Source: Iphione sp. A-MEVVRFRX5 (Eukaryota). Taken from it: a stretch of 64,000 bases of DNA. The stretch is taken from contig OZ320314.1 of assembly GCA_976226885.1 (NCBI GenBank), forward strand, positions 106,950,001 to 107,014,000, in the 5' to 3' direction. Made by a program: the position numbers and the translations under genes. The notes under the pieces are model-generated. The model had not been told where the DNA came from. It worked only from the letters and a program-made list of their open reading frames with translations, and did no database searches. This document shows, in pieces, positions 36,722-48,508 of this stretch; the stretch's first letter is position 1; each line of letters begins with the position of its first letter.

Positions 36722-37688
36722 CAACCCCAAGGAGGAAGAAAAAACATAATCCTGCTTAAAAAGCTGTTCATCAACACATCTAATGTAAGAGTAAACAGCA
36801 TCACTCTTCCAACCACCCCTGTCCCTTATAGCATGAAGAGGTAGACCAATCCGAGCCATATGTGAAGCACCAGCCCGTGTGAGGTAACTCTCCCAATAAC
36901 TCCCCCTAGCTTGCTATAATGCTTAAGTGAAGCTTGAACCTCTCGTACTCAAAGAGACAAATAACACCTCTCTTCGAATATGAAAAAATTGGATCACATG
37001 ACACAACCTTAGTCAAGGAAAAAACCAAATTAAGCCAATACAATAAGCAAAACCTTTTATCACTACATTCAGAAATAACCAACTTCCTTGGATTCTCCCC
37101 AAACTCGTCAGTCTTCGACCTACGAATCATGACAGAAACTCTGTCACTACCTAAGACCACATCACTCCTCCTAATAACTGAATCGCCAGTATACTGACAC
37201 TTCCTAACTAGACATCTAAAACCAAGAACTACTGCACACCAAAACAGGTATGAATACAACTTTGAAAAATCCAAAACATCATAAATTCTAACTAGATCCT
37301 CCACTCGAAGGCCTTTAGAAACGTGGCTAGTAAAATATGCTGATCTCTTCAAACCAGCCACCATCCACCTAACAACAAAATCCTGTACATCAGGAAAGCT
37401 CATACCCTTACGTTTATGCTCATAAATCAAACCACTCAAGTAATTCGACACTGAAACTGGTGCCATAGAAAAAGACAAATATGCACAATATCTTCTGAAC
37501 TGTAGTTGACTACATGGAAAGGCCACTAAGTTGTACTTTTTACAAAAACCTCTATAAACTTGCAGTTGCCTCTCCCTTGTCCTGATGGTGTTGACAGAGA
37601 AAGCAGACGACTTGAGAGACTCAATCCGATCATCCAAACATCTAATCCGACCTGAAATCAAAGAGACACTCCTTACAACAGGCCTCAT
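36704..37688 (-). pseudogene. Element 2 tyrosine recombinase, disrupted near its 3' end
   Basis: Open to 36906 (FRCLVRK, RRSKTD), then a frameshift. VTSHG has lost the LRR of the HxxR motif with a second shift; GGWKSDAVYSY follows and the frame ends inside B1. Confidence 0.9.
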
Positions 37689-39588
37689 CCAACCATTCGG
37701 TCCATCTCACATCATCACATCTAATTATTCCATCAAATCTAGACAAGCTATCTGCTACAATATTATCCTTGGTATTCACATACTCACAAACCAATTTGAC
37801 ATTGTGCACCATGCATGACCAGAAAACCTCTTTCAACCACCACATACATCTCAGGTTTACACTTCTCCCCGTCCTAAGCATATACATAACTTAAGTGTTA
37901 TCGACCATAAACAACACTACTGAACCTCTCCACATCTGGCCCCATCTCTTCAGAGATATCACCACTGGCCATAGCTCCATCACATTGATGTTCTCATCGA
38001 CATCCTCCATTGAAGGCTTTTGTTCCAGATGACCACAGCCAAGACCATCCAGAACATCAACCCACGAACCCAAGAACCAGTCCTTGCCACAAAAACCTGC
38101 AAAGCCTTTGAACGATGAATCCATGTAACACACAAATGTAGGGTCACTCAATTTCATGATTTTACCTTCCCCATTGAAGATCCTCGAGAATGACCTCCAC
38201 CAGCTCAAATCCTCCAAGACGAGGGCTTCCACCTTACATTTCCTGTTATTCCTTGGTAAATGCTCAACCTGATCATAGAGACTCCTGCTGAAAGTCCTAC
38301 CACCGCTTATTATTGTCGAGCAGTGAGCCAGATAACCTGAAAGCTTCTCTCCTTCCTTCCTAGACATTTTGCCACTCACTAGAACATCATCAAGCATATT
38401 ACCCAGCTTCTCTAATTTCCCTTCAGGCAGTCTCAGGCGCATACAGATAGAATCAATCTCAATACCTAGGAACACACAGCAAGTGCTCGGGACTGTAACC
38501 TTCTTCCAAGATACATCAAAGCCCAAGCCCTCAATGATGCCTGTCAACAGATCCCTATTACGTAAACAAGCTTCATACGTCTCTCCTACCACCAAAAAAT
38601 CATCTAAATAGTTCACAATACCTGCATCTGACACCCGCCTATAATTCTCCACTACAAAATCGGATATTTGCGTGAATATATAAGGGGCACACCTCAAGCC
38701 AAATGTAAGCGTGTTATTCTCGAAATGCTGCTTCACACCATCCAAAACCCAAGAAAAACCTTGGAAACTCCTACAACCTGGGAGAACCGATACTGAACGG
38801 TAAGCATCGCTTATGTCAACAACTGCCATATATGTGCCAGTCTCCAAAAACTCACACACATCCAAAACCGAGTTATAATTAAACTCTTTAAACAATCCTT
38901 CCATGAAATTATTGATAGAGATACCATCAGGCTTAGAACAATCTGTAATCGGTCTTAAAGACCCATCCGACTTGGCAACCCCACCCATAGCGTGCACACA
39001 CTGGGGGACATGGTCTACCCTCCTTACAAAGCCTTGAGCCATCTCACATCTAATTTTTTCCGACATTTCCCTTCGAAACTGGTCCGTATCCAATGACTTA
39101 TAGTTCTTACAATAGTATGAATTACAAAAATCATCATTAACAATTTTGAATCCACAACAGACACCGGACCAAATATATGATCTCATCTCTAGGCTCTTGA
39201 ACCCAAAAGCACAACCTTTGAAAAACCTGCATGGCAGCAATTTACATTTCACACCATCCAACATGTGACTACAGTTACATGAATTTAACATACATCTCTC
39301 ATAAATATCAATGACTGTAACACCATTGAATACCGAATATAACAGATCTTTCGCTACCTCAGCGGGGTAGGATATTGATGCTTCATTCACAACATCACGC
39401 CAATCAATCAACAACCACTCCATACTATCTGTTGCAATCTCATTGAAAATATCACCCAACATAGCATGGCGATCCTCAGTCTCATCCACAACCACATAGT
39501 AAGAGCATTCAACATGGTCAAAACTTGGGAAGACAAAAATCTTCCCCACGTTCACTGTATTGCACCCAACAGGCACAGTACCATCTAG
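37642..39588 (-). pseudogene. pol: Element 2 pol (RT-RNase H) with one in-frame TAA at 37891-37893
   Basis: Motifs KSDGSLRPITDCS, NYLDDF, MDSS and INVMELWPV. DNT*VMYML is probably CAA>TAA of DNTQV; NIVADSLSR follows in the same frame. Confidence 0.92.
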
Positions 39589-40536
39589 TCACTTCTTGCT
39601 CACTTTCGAATCCTTACTTTTATCCATATTGTTGACATTTGCGGGACACTCATAAGCCTTGTGTTCGACTGAACCACACACCAGACACATGTGTTTTAAG
39701 TTACATGAATGATCATGGCATGTACCATTGTTAAAGCGGTAGCAGACCTTATCTGATTTACGACCATCAAAAGCTTTCTTCGATTTAGTTTTCTGCTGGC
39801 CACTTCTGCTATTACCACCCGTCGTCTGAACCATCATATCAAAGCTAAAATGACTGCGAATTAAGTCATCATTGCCAAAAGTAAAATATGAAATACCTTT
39901 CATCTCGGCTTTCTTACGGATATCATGGTCATAATCAATGAACGATGCATCTTTATACATGTTTTTAACGCGTTTTTCAAGCATAAACAGGATGTGATCA
40001 AGGTAACCGGAAACACACTTGCCTCTCTTCAGGTGCTGCTGTACCAATTTGACCGATCCTAGCATCAATTCATCAAAATTACTAATTTTCTTAACTTTCG
40101 CCGCAGAAGTCACATTAAAGTCCTTCTTCTTACCACTTGACTTTTTCTTGCGACTCTTAACAGCAGAATCTTCATCCGAATCATCTTCTGACGAACTCTC
40201 ATCAGAACTCGATGATGAAATGCCAGGCTTCTCCTTGGAAACTGCATCATGTTGCCGCTCCCCAGACATTGATGAACTCTTATCACCATTCGATGCCAAA
40301 AACATCGCAAACATGTCTTCCAGACGGCCCATACGGGAAGACAAATCCTGGCTATCACCATTACCATTACCATTGTCAGCCGACAAACCACAACAAGTAC
40401 CATTCTCCTCAGAAACACCATTAAATTCAACGAAATCCTCCGATGGGCCCATATCGGCCACCTGGAAAGCCATACGACAATTCTTCCCAATGGGGGGGCT
40501 ATGCCTCCTTCTACACTTTGAACAATGTCTGCCCAT
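39589..40536 (-). CDS. gag: Element 2 gag-like ORF1 (intact; ATG at 40536)
   Basis: N-terminal CSKCRRRHSPPIGKNC, an acidic Ser-rich tract, and C-terminal CYRFNNGTCHDHSCNLKHMCLVCGSVEHKAYEC. Confidence 0.9.
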   Translation of the reverse strand: MGRHCSKCRRRHSPPIGKNCRMAFQVADMGPSEDFVEFNGVSEENGTCCGLSADNGNGNGDSQDLSSRMGRLEDMFAMFLASNGDKSSSMSGERQHDAVSKEKPGISSSSSDESSSEDDSDEDSAVKSRKKKSSGKKKDFNVTSAAKVKKISNFDELMLGSVKLVQQHLKRGKCVSGYLDHILFMLEKRVKNMYKDASFIDYDHDIRKKAEMKGISYFTFGNDDLIRSHFSFDMMVQTTGGNSRSGQQKTKSKKAFDGRKSDKVCYRFNNGTCHDHSCNLKHMCLVCGSVEHKAYECPANVNNMDKSKDSKVSKK

Positions 40537-40607
40537 CCTCGATAGCAAAGACACAATGCTCAGAAGAGGCTAACGAAGCACACAGCAAAGGTACGTGTTG
40601 ACTCGTC

Positions 40608-40764
40608 AAAATTTTGAAGCAAAGTGGCGGTTGGTACTAAAGACATTCCATTCTACATGGGACGTCATCACGGAGCTAAGCATATTGCTGATGTTGGTAG
40701 GGTTACTGGAATACAGCATAACGGTTCCCAAGCAATATCCACATAAATACTTTATATGGCATAT
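40608..40764 (-). repeat. Element 2 5' repeat A1 (157 bp)
   Basis: Matches 36514-36670 with two substitutions; TATAAA on the minus strand at 40751-40756. Confidence 0.95.
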
Positions 40765-43700
40765 ATAGGGCAGAGTTCCACGAGAAGAAAGAAACAAGTG
40801 AAGAAAGAAGGTGTAAAGCAGTAACAGATGGAGACAAAAATAGCAGGGGCAGGGTGAGTACACACGAGAGAAGGAGAGAGACAGAAAAATGGAAAAACGC
40901 AAGGAATAGTGTTACAAAGTACAGTGTGCGACAACTCAGATCTGATTGAGCTGACTTTATTGCATGAAAATGTTGTGCAGACCACAAAGGCTTCGCTATG
41001 CAAAGCTCTTAATACAGAGTCTAACTTGTACCTTTGAACGACTTTGTAATGGAAATTGTGAGCTCCAACATACATGTCCAGTGTATTTCTGATTCCCTTT
41101 CACCTTATTCAGGGTTGCTCTTCTTTCCAAATTCAGGTATCTATGTATCATTCTTATCAGGATCACCTCCTGTCGTACACAATCTCTGCACTAGCTGGGT
41201 ACAAATAGCTGTCTGCAGGTTAGATTTATCGACTTGTTCCCCTGTGAACAACGAAATGTTAACACCGAATAATTAACAGTGAACCAAATTTTAAGCTATG
41301 CTACAGTGGGGAGCGTTAAATATCCAACACTTTGTTACCTTGTTGAGTCTTGCTCATTTATATGATGCATGCCTTTAAACTCATAACTGCACACTTAACA
41401 AGTTATGCGCTTTTCGTTCATGAAAGCTCTCGGTCATCAGATAAATAAGGATAAGAAATCGCGACTGTATTACAATGGAGACTAGAGGAGGGTAAAGGGA
41501 AGAAAGAAAGGTAAAAAGATACGAGAATAACAGAGAAAAAAATAAAGAGATCATGGGGAACGAGAAACTGCCTCGGGTTGCGTTTAAACATCTCCTCAGA
41601 GGTAGAATTAGGGTAGTATAGGGTCTGTAGCAATGTCTGACTGCAACAAACCGTTATCTGACAGTAACATGCACTTAGTCCATCGGAAGCTGCTGCTTGG
41701 GTCCGATAACACTCTTCATCATGGGAGAGACTAGATCAGGAGTATGTACGTCAGAAAAAAAAACTTTCCTTTTGTAGGACAAGAGGACTGTGTATTGATG
41801 TCAGAGGGGAGCAGAAGGGAGAAAATGAGGGAAAAAGAAAAATGAGATAACAAGAGGTGGATAAAGGAGGGCAAGAGGACAGAGAGGAGGGTAGGGGAAG
41901 GATAGAGAAAGGAGGAGAATAGAGAGGAAGAATGGTGGGGAGGGAGCTAGAGGTGAAGGGAGAGGAAGAGAAGAAGGAGAGGAAACCAGAGGGAAGAAAG
42001 AAGAAACGTAGAATGTGAAAAATAGGAAACGGATCCAGTAGGCTAACGGAGAAAAGAAAGAGCAGATATTGGTTCTGAGGTAAAGAGGAATTAATCATGG
42101 AAAACTAAAGAGGGCAATAATTACTGTCAAACAACTAGATTTGCTAGACCATCTCATATATAATAACACCTGCTTTATAAGCCTTTCCTAGGAAAACTAA
42201 AAATGCCTGCAATGTCCCAGCTGTTTTTGACTGTTTTCCTTCCCAGACTATCCACTATGTTATCTAAAACTAAGCAGACTCCTCTTTGGACTTTTCTTAT
42301 AACAACTGTCAATGTCAACCCTCTGTCTGTCATTTCAAATCTATCTCCTATCTTATATGTACACGTATATACATAAATCCTTAAATATATATAGTATTCT
42401 CATGATAACGATAGTACTATGGACAATCTAAACTACTCTGTTTACAAATATCGATTCATGTTGTAGATACATGCTGTCACATGAACTACTCACTATAATA
42501 TATTAATATTTTCTGGATACTTCATAATACTTTCAGAGAGGGCAGTTGACGAATTTTGACATCCTTCGACAAAGACTGGGTATAAAGTAGTATATAGTGC
42601 AATAAGGCTTTTATACTCTCCCAAATATCCTTCTCGTGAAGAGAAGTCGCTGATGTTCCCAGCAACAAACCCTCGCCGTACAGTGAATCGTTGTCTGCAG
42701 CAAGTAAACTTTTAATTCAAAAAGTTTTAATTAACCTGGCCATACTCTAGCCAACAACATGTCTATATAGAAGAAAATGAATCCTTCAATTTTACAATAG
42801 TAATAGATCTTAAAGACTAAGGGATTTGTCTGACTCTTACCTCAGACTCTTACCATCCTTAGTAGTATGTGTTGAATTTCAAATCACAGCTCACAGCTCG
42901 TTCAGTAAGCTCAGGCATATTAGGGATGGCAACAGAAAGCACACATATCAAAATCAAAGGGGTTTCTTCTATTACTTTCCCATATGTTTATATATATTAA
43001 GGTATCCTCCAGTTTTCCTTATTAATTTTAACTTTCGTTAATTCTATGACAGCGCTTTGATAGGGGCACTCAGATAATTGGGAAGAATGGACAATATGCA
43101 AGTCTCCCAGCGATTGAAGCAGTCAACTGAAGCATTGTCATACTGTAAGTGACTCTCCTAGGAATCAACCTTTTCATTGCCTGTCATGATGTTTTGACTC
43201 GAATCCAAGTACGTTGTCTGTTCGACTGATTAGTTCAAAAGGTCGAATTGTAAAAGTTCTTTTACCATCGGTGGTACTTTAATTTAGGAGAACGTAACAA
43301 AAATAAAGTAAAAAAGATCATCTTACTCTGATGACCGATGGGGAAATTGACACTTTAATAAACTCGTATAGAACTTGCCCTATAGCAGCATGCTTTTCCA
43401 GCGGAGAAACGTAGTGCAAGGACACCCTGACCTGGGTAAAGATCACGTTCCTGACTACCCCGAGGGGAACCTTTAAGATTAGACTAGCAGGGTCTACATG
43501 TACGGGTCTGCTTGTCCTGTCCAAATGGGGTGCCACTGATATCTTTATTATATCATTATTTACCTGGCATCCCAGGAAAGGTCAGTTAGGAAGCACAACC
43601 GGCGAAGTTTACTGCCAATGGCGGTCCTACAGGTGTCGTAAAGGAGGCTTTATCGATGGAATCACTATTTAATACTCCTATAAACCAGCACCTAAGCTTC

Positions 43701-44264
43701 TCGTGGCTCCAGAGGGCCAGACTAGCAGAGGTGGGGGAGGGGGGTATTGGAAGATGATCCAGTCAAAGGGAGTTAGTTATACAGAGAGGGGAGATGTAGA
43801 CACAGACAATGAGACAGGCCGAGAAAGACGGTAGAGGAAGGCAGGAGAGGGGAAGAACGAAAAAACTAGAAAGGTAAAGGGAGCGAGGAAAAAAGAGCAG
43901 GGGACTGAAATTATTGTATTATGGAGAGAGAAAAAGGAAGGGAACCATTGTAAGGGAGGAATGGAGGTAAAGTGAGGTAGGGAAACATGAAAGAGAATAA
44001 TGGAGGGCAGGGTGAGGAAGACAGCTAAGGAAAAAGGTGGGCAGATAAGATGAAAATGTAAAAGAAAGCGATGGATGCAAAACAGAGGATCTGTGAAAAT
44101 AATTGAAAAAAAAACGAAAAAGGGGAGCACGAGAGAAAAGATGAAAGAAAGAGGAAAGTGCAAAAAAAAGTAGACCAAAAGAAAAACAAGAAAGAGAAAA
44201 AAAGGTCAAAATCAGCAAAAACAAAGGTATTGATTCGGAGGGCATAGAAAACGTGTAAATTATG

Positions 44265-44640
44265 GATACGGAGGCGGATACCATTTTATTGGCAAATGAC
44301 GGCATGAGGTATTGATAATGAATAGCAGATTTTGCAAAGTGAGGATGTGAGGTATGAGTATTGAGGTGGATACCAATTTATTGCCAAATGAAAGTACATG
44401 TATGATGTATTGATAGCTAGGACGTCACAAGTTGTCACCATGTGAGGACATAAGGTATGCAAAATGGATAGGACGCTAGTGTATGGCCACATGAAAGTAG
44501 GAAGCTCTGATATGGAGGGGCCAATGAGGTGTATGCTGTTAGGAGGCGGTTTCCAAATATGAGCAGGTTATGGATAAGGAGGTGGATACCAGTCTCTAGC
44601 ACCATGGACATTATTATGAGGTATTAATACAGGAGAGGAT
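44265..44640. repeat. Degenerate minisatellite-like array
   Basis: GAGGYGGATACCA and ATGAGGTATTRAT-like blocks recur near 44271, 44364 and 44578. Confidence 0.45.
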
Positions 44641-45449
44641 AGTTAACTGTGGGTAAGTCAGTGTACGAGGCATGAATATGGATAAGGATGGCAAGCTATG
44701 GCGTCATGAATGTAAGAGCATTAATAAGTAGTGGAACTTAAGCTGTGGCCAAAGGAGGTAACGCGGCATGGAAAAGGGGGAGGGCGGGAAGGATTAAAGG
44801 ACAGTCTCTTTCTACCATATGCGGTAGATGCAGACACTGAATGGCTGCCAAGAGCAGTAATAACGCTAGACCCTCAACTCGAACACAGGATTGGATCTCT
44901 TTTTATTGCCTGGTTTGGTCTGGAGCCAATGGCCCCTCAGGCTTCAGCTGGATATCCATTGGTGGTTGTTTTCGTCACACACGTCAAGATCGCGCGGTTC
45001 AGGTAGGCTAAGCGAGGTACGAGCTGAGGTGAGTGGTAAAAGAACCGCCCATTTTACTATGCAAGCATAAAAAAAACAATTTCTGGAACTCATGGTGCCA
45101 AATACGATCGATTTTCAGCGAATTAGAGTAAAAGGTCACTAATCCAGTGCCCGACGGTTAAACTGCGAAAATATACCATTAGACAATCACTCTATTGGAT
45201 GAGCTTATTTTCATATGAGGTGTCTATGTATTTCATCCATGTCTGTTGCATCACCCTACCTATTTAACTTCCTAGGTGAGTACATTGTCGATGTATCATC
45301 ACTTGCCGCTAAGGCAGCAGGTCTATAGACAGAGAGTCATGGTACATCAACAATGGAGGAACAAATCTACTTAAAATAAGATCTTGATATCTTATGATAC
45401 TTTATAATCCTTTTTGCAAATACCATGCACGTCTTTTTTTTTAAGTCGC

Positions 45450-46030
45450 CCCCATTTTCGTGTTTACGTTTCGAGTGCAGAGTCGCTTGACCAATGCACA
45501 TATTTGCTATTGTTGCAAATTAGGAAGCGCATTGACAGCCAAATAAGGACTTCTTTAAAAGACCTGCTGCTCTCTGAAGCTTTATCTGGAGCTTTCCTTC
45601 TACATTGATACTCTTTATTAAGCTGTATGTATTGGAGTGAGCAGGAGGCCACTTCAGATTCAAAGTCTGGCCCTGAACTGACACCTGTCCACCACTTCAA
45701 TCTCAGCTTGGTCCGACATCCTTCAGATGGTTGAGGATGTTCTGGGAGTGAAGTCTTGGAGTTGCTCCAGTCTTCCTCACTGATCAGCAGGTGATCAGCA
45801 GATGCCAGAACCCTCTCCAGGGGGCTCCTTATGAGCCCCTCCAGGGTGCTTACACCCAGGTCCGGACTTGTCACAACAACTGATAAGGGGGGGGGGGGCC
45901 CTGTCCCGTTTGGACTGTCCCAAAACTCCATGTTTGGACCATCCCAAACTCCATTTTGGTCCAGACTCCACCTCCACTATGGGTGCCTGCATTTTTTTCA
46001 CTCTAACTTGGAAACCATTTAAGCTATTGG
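45450..46030 (-). mobile_element. Possible decayed DIRS-like RT/RNase H remnant
   Basis: Fragments NSLNGFQVRVKK, LGVSTLEGLIRSPLERV, LRLKWW and KYVHWSSD occur in the order expected for DIRS pol; weak similarity by eye. Confidence 0.3.
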
Positions 46031-47699
46031 CCTGACATCTTAGAAGTGTGCTCCCGGGACCCCTGCACAAGTTTCCTGCAAGTGGAGACCCCTAAAAACA
46101 CTTGTTTAGGAGGGAGAAGACAGACTGATTAATTGGAGCAGTAAGACAGCACGTCTGCACACTCCAAGTATCAAACACAGAATGACTAGATTGTGCTCAG
46201 CTCATCCCTTGATATTACGTCACTATTCCCACTAAATCCTAATCCTAATCAAACGTCGTAAACTTGTTGAATTAGAGTATTGGACAGTTTGATTAACTAA
46301 AAAAATACTAGGAGTGATTGTTTCCAAGCAGATGAGAGAACTTCTGTTAGAAGTCACGGGATTGATCCCTAGTTAGATGAGTTTCGTGTGGCTGCCAATG
46401 CTATTAGTACCAGCGATGGTGGCGTACCTTGCGGCGATCGATGGAGACAAAGCTAATGCGCATCCCTACGGCAACAGGTGCGCCTGGCTGCTGCCCAAGG
46501 CTCGAGCAGGGGAACGTGGGGGGTCTTTGGCCCGGCTTTGACAGGCTAAGGCCGGTTTAGACAGGATCAGACTGGTTTTGATAGGATGAGGCCGACAGGG
46601 AGGATGAAGAGGAGACAGCGATTAGTGGGAAGGCAATATGTGCGTGCGTGCGTGTGTGTGTGCGAGTGCGTGTGTGTTGATTGATTTCCAGGATTTGACC
46701 TTGTGATTAAATCGAAGGTCAGCTCCAAGACAAACGTGTGTGTGTGGTGGGGGGGGGGGTGGTTGTAGATAGTGCCAGGTTTATTTTTAGTATTCCGACG
46801 ACTGACAAAAACTTGAAAAGATGAGAAGAACGTGCCCAACGATGGGAACTATTTTTTCTGCCAGAAGCCGAGATGAAGGTTGCATTCATGCGCAAGAGAC
46901 TACGTTGACGTTACCTCGTCTACAAGATATTGTATGCACAAAATAAGTGACAACGCTGTGATAATAGTGGAGACCTTGACAAGCATATATCAAGGATACT
47001 GTAGATAATGTTCGCATCTTCCCAAGTACCAGTGAAACCAGTGTCATGGCCGCAATTGCCATGAAATTTATCATCCATGGGTCCAGTTTGTCATTAATTA
47101 GACTTATATTTTCGTACTTGACGATCCTGGCCACGTGTAAGGCAATGATTTTTTCTCTTAGCAAATCTGGAGGCATTTTTCTCGACAAGTGCGCAACAAG
47201 TCAGTTATGATTTCAGTTGGGCGAACACCACATCCTTCAATACCTACGAAGAGATAATCTGCTCACGAGAGGGAGTAAATGAAGTATCCTAGCAAGAGCA
47301 CAATAACGGATGAAACAATTAATTCAACATAAATGAAACTCAATGATATAAATCATTGGTGTTATGGCGGCGTGAGGCCGGGTCCGTGGCGCGGTCTACG
47401 ATATTCAGACAAAAAGATTACTAGCTGACTAGAGGCAACCCTAACCGTTGTACGCCTTACTTGACGCACCAGGGTGACTCACAGAGTGTCTCCCAATTAG
47501 AGAAAGGGTACAGATGTTCAGGTCGTTTATACATCTTTAGGTCGTTTATACATCTTTGACTACAGCGTTCTACTATTGATGCACTCTAGAGTAAGAAGCT
47601 GCTCGATGAGCTTGAAGCAGAAGCTAGTGGCAACGGGAACACTGAAGAGTCAAAGAAGTACCCTGTCACTTAGAAGAGCCTTTGGTATTGAGACATCTC

Positions 47700-47884
47700 A
47701 AAGAGGTAGGAAGCATGTGGTCAAGCTGACCCCTAGGCTGCTAAGGGTAGGGGTATATCGAAGTAAGGCTGTAAGATCCAGGTGGGTCGAGAGGCCACAT
47801 AATGCAGTGTATCAAACGTCCTTCACCTACGCTGGATGGGCATCATGGAACAAATTTCCAGAACTAGCCAAGGTACGAGCTTAA
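47700..47884 (+). mobile_element. Possible hAT transposase C-terminal remnant
   Basis: GWASWNKFPELAKV resembles the hAT dimerisation motif WW....KFPELAK; DP*..KGRG upstream. Confidence 0.3.
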
Positions 47885-48508
47885 TTAACTGACTATATGT
47901 TGAAGAGTGTTTAGACAATGTGAACACAGTTGAGTGTTAAACCAAAGGTATTATACCAAACTATCTCAAATCCGCTTCATTCGCGCTGATCATTGAAAGA
48001 CCTAATCTAAGTCTTTTTTGACATCACTGTTTCTGCTCACTGATCACCTGTTCGCCAGGAGAGCTCTCAATTTCAATTTAATTGTAATTTGGAGACGTGA
48101 ATGAAAGCTTTGAAGTTGAATATGCGGTAGTTATACAAACAAATACGAGGTCCGTGTCGTTCAAGAAACTGATGGAAACTAGAAAAGCAATGATTATTGT
48201 AGCGTTTGTGTAATTTAAGCGGTACAGTCTCCCAGAGAATAGCAAGGATTCTTTTGTGAAAAGAGACAAGAAACTACTCAATCTGGGTTATGCAATGGCC
48301 GAAATGGCATCTCGAAATTGAAAGTTTCGGTAGAAACGCAAAGAATACATGGCAATAACACCCTAGAAGCACAAATACAATCCATTCAATGTGACGTTTT
48401 GCACATCGTGGGAATGGCACGATTACAGGAAAGAATATTCTCAGTTGTCAATAGCAGACGAAAAATATCTTGAAACACAAAGAGTCGAGGGCACAGAATT
48501 TAATGTAC

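Larger units (their letters stand above)
36439..40764 (-). mobile_element. Element 2: full-length Ngaro/PAT-type YR retrotransposon, a distinct family from element 1
   Basis: Same architecture as element 1: A1 40608-40764, A2 36514-36670 (2 mismatches), B1 36667-36721 and B2 36439-36493 (identical). gag, RT, RNase H and YR are homologous to element 1, but the terminal repeats do not align. Confidence 0.95.

Noticed and set aside
40019-40573. Antisense and alternative-frame ORFs over the Ngaro genes (also 7674-8027, 8049-8384, 40110-40556)
   Set aside because: They are shadows of biased coding sequence and are not conserved between elements.
42500-43250. Very old DIRS-like pol trace on the minus strand (FLG..., IAGRLAYC, FVEG.QN)
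   Set aside because: Matches are too short and scattered to support by eye.
41751-44305. Hydrophobic F/L/S-rich ORFs (also 1787-2131 and 40606-40902)
   Set aside because: They are translations of purine/pyrimidine low-complexity tracts.
46886-47188. Tc1-like HTH start (DLLREKIIALH)
   Set aside because: Similarity is limited to about 15 residues; no DDE region or TIRs found.
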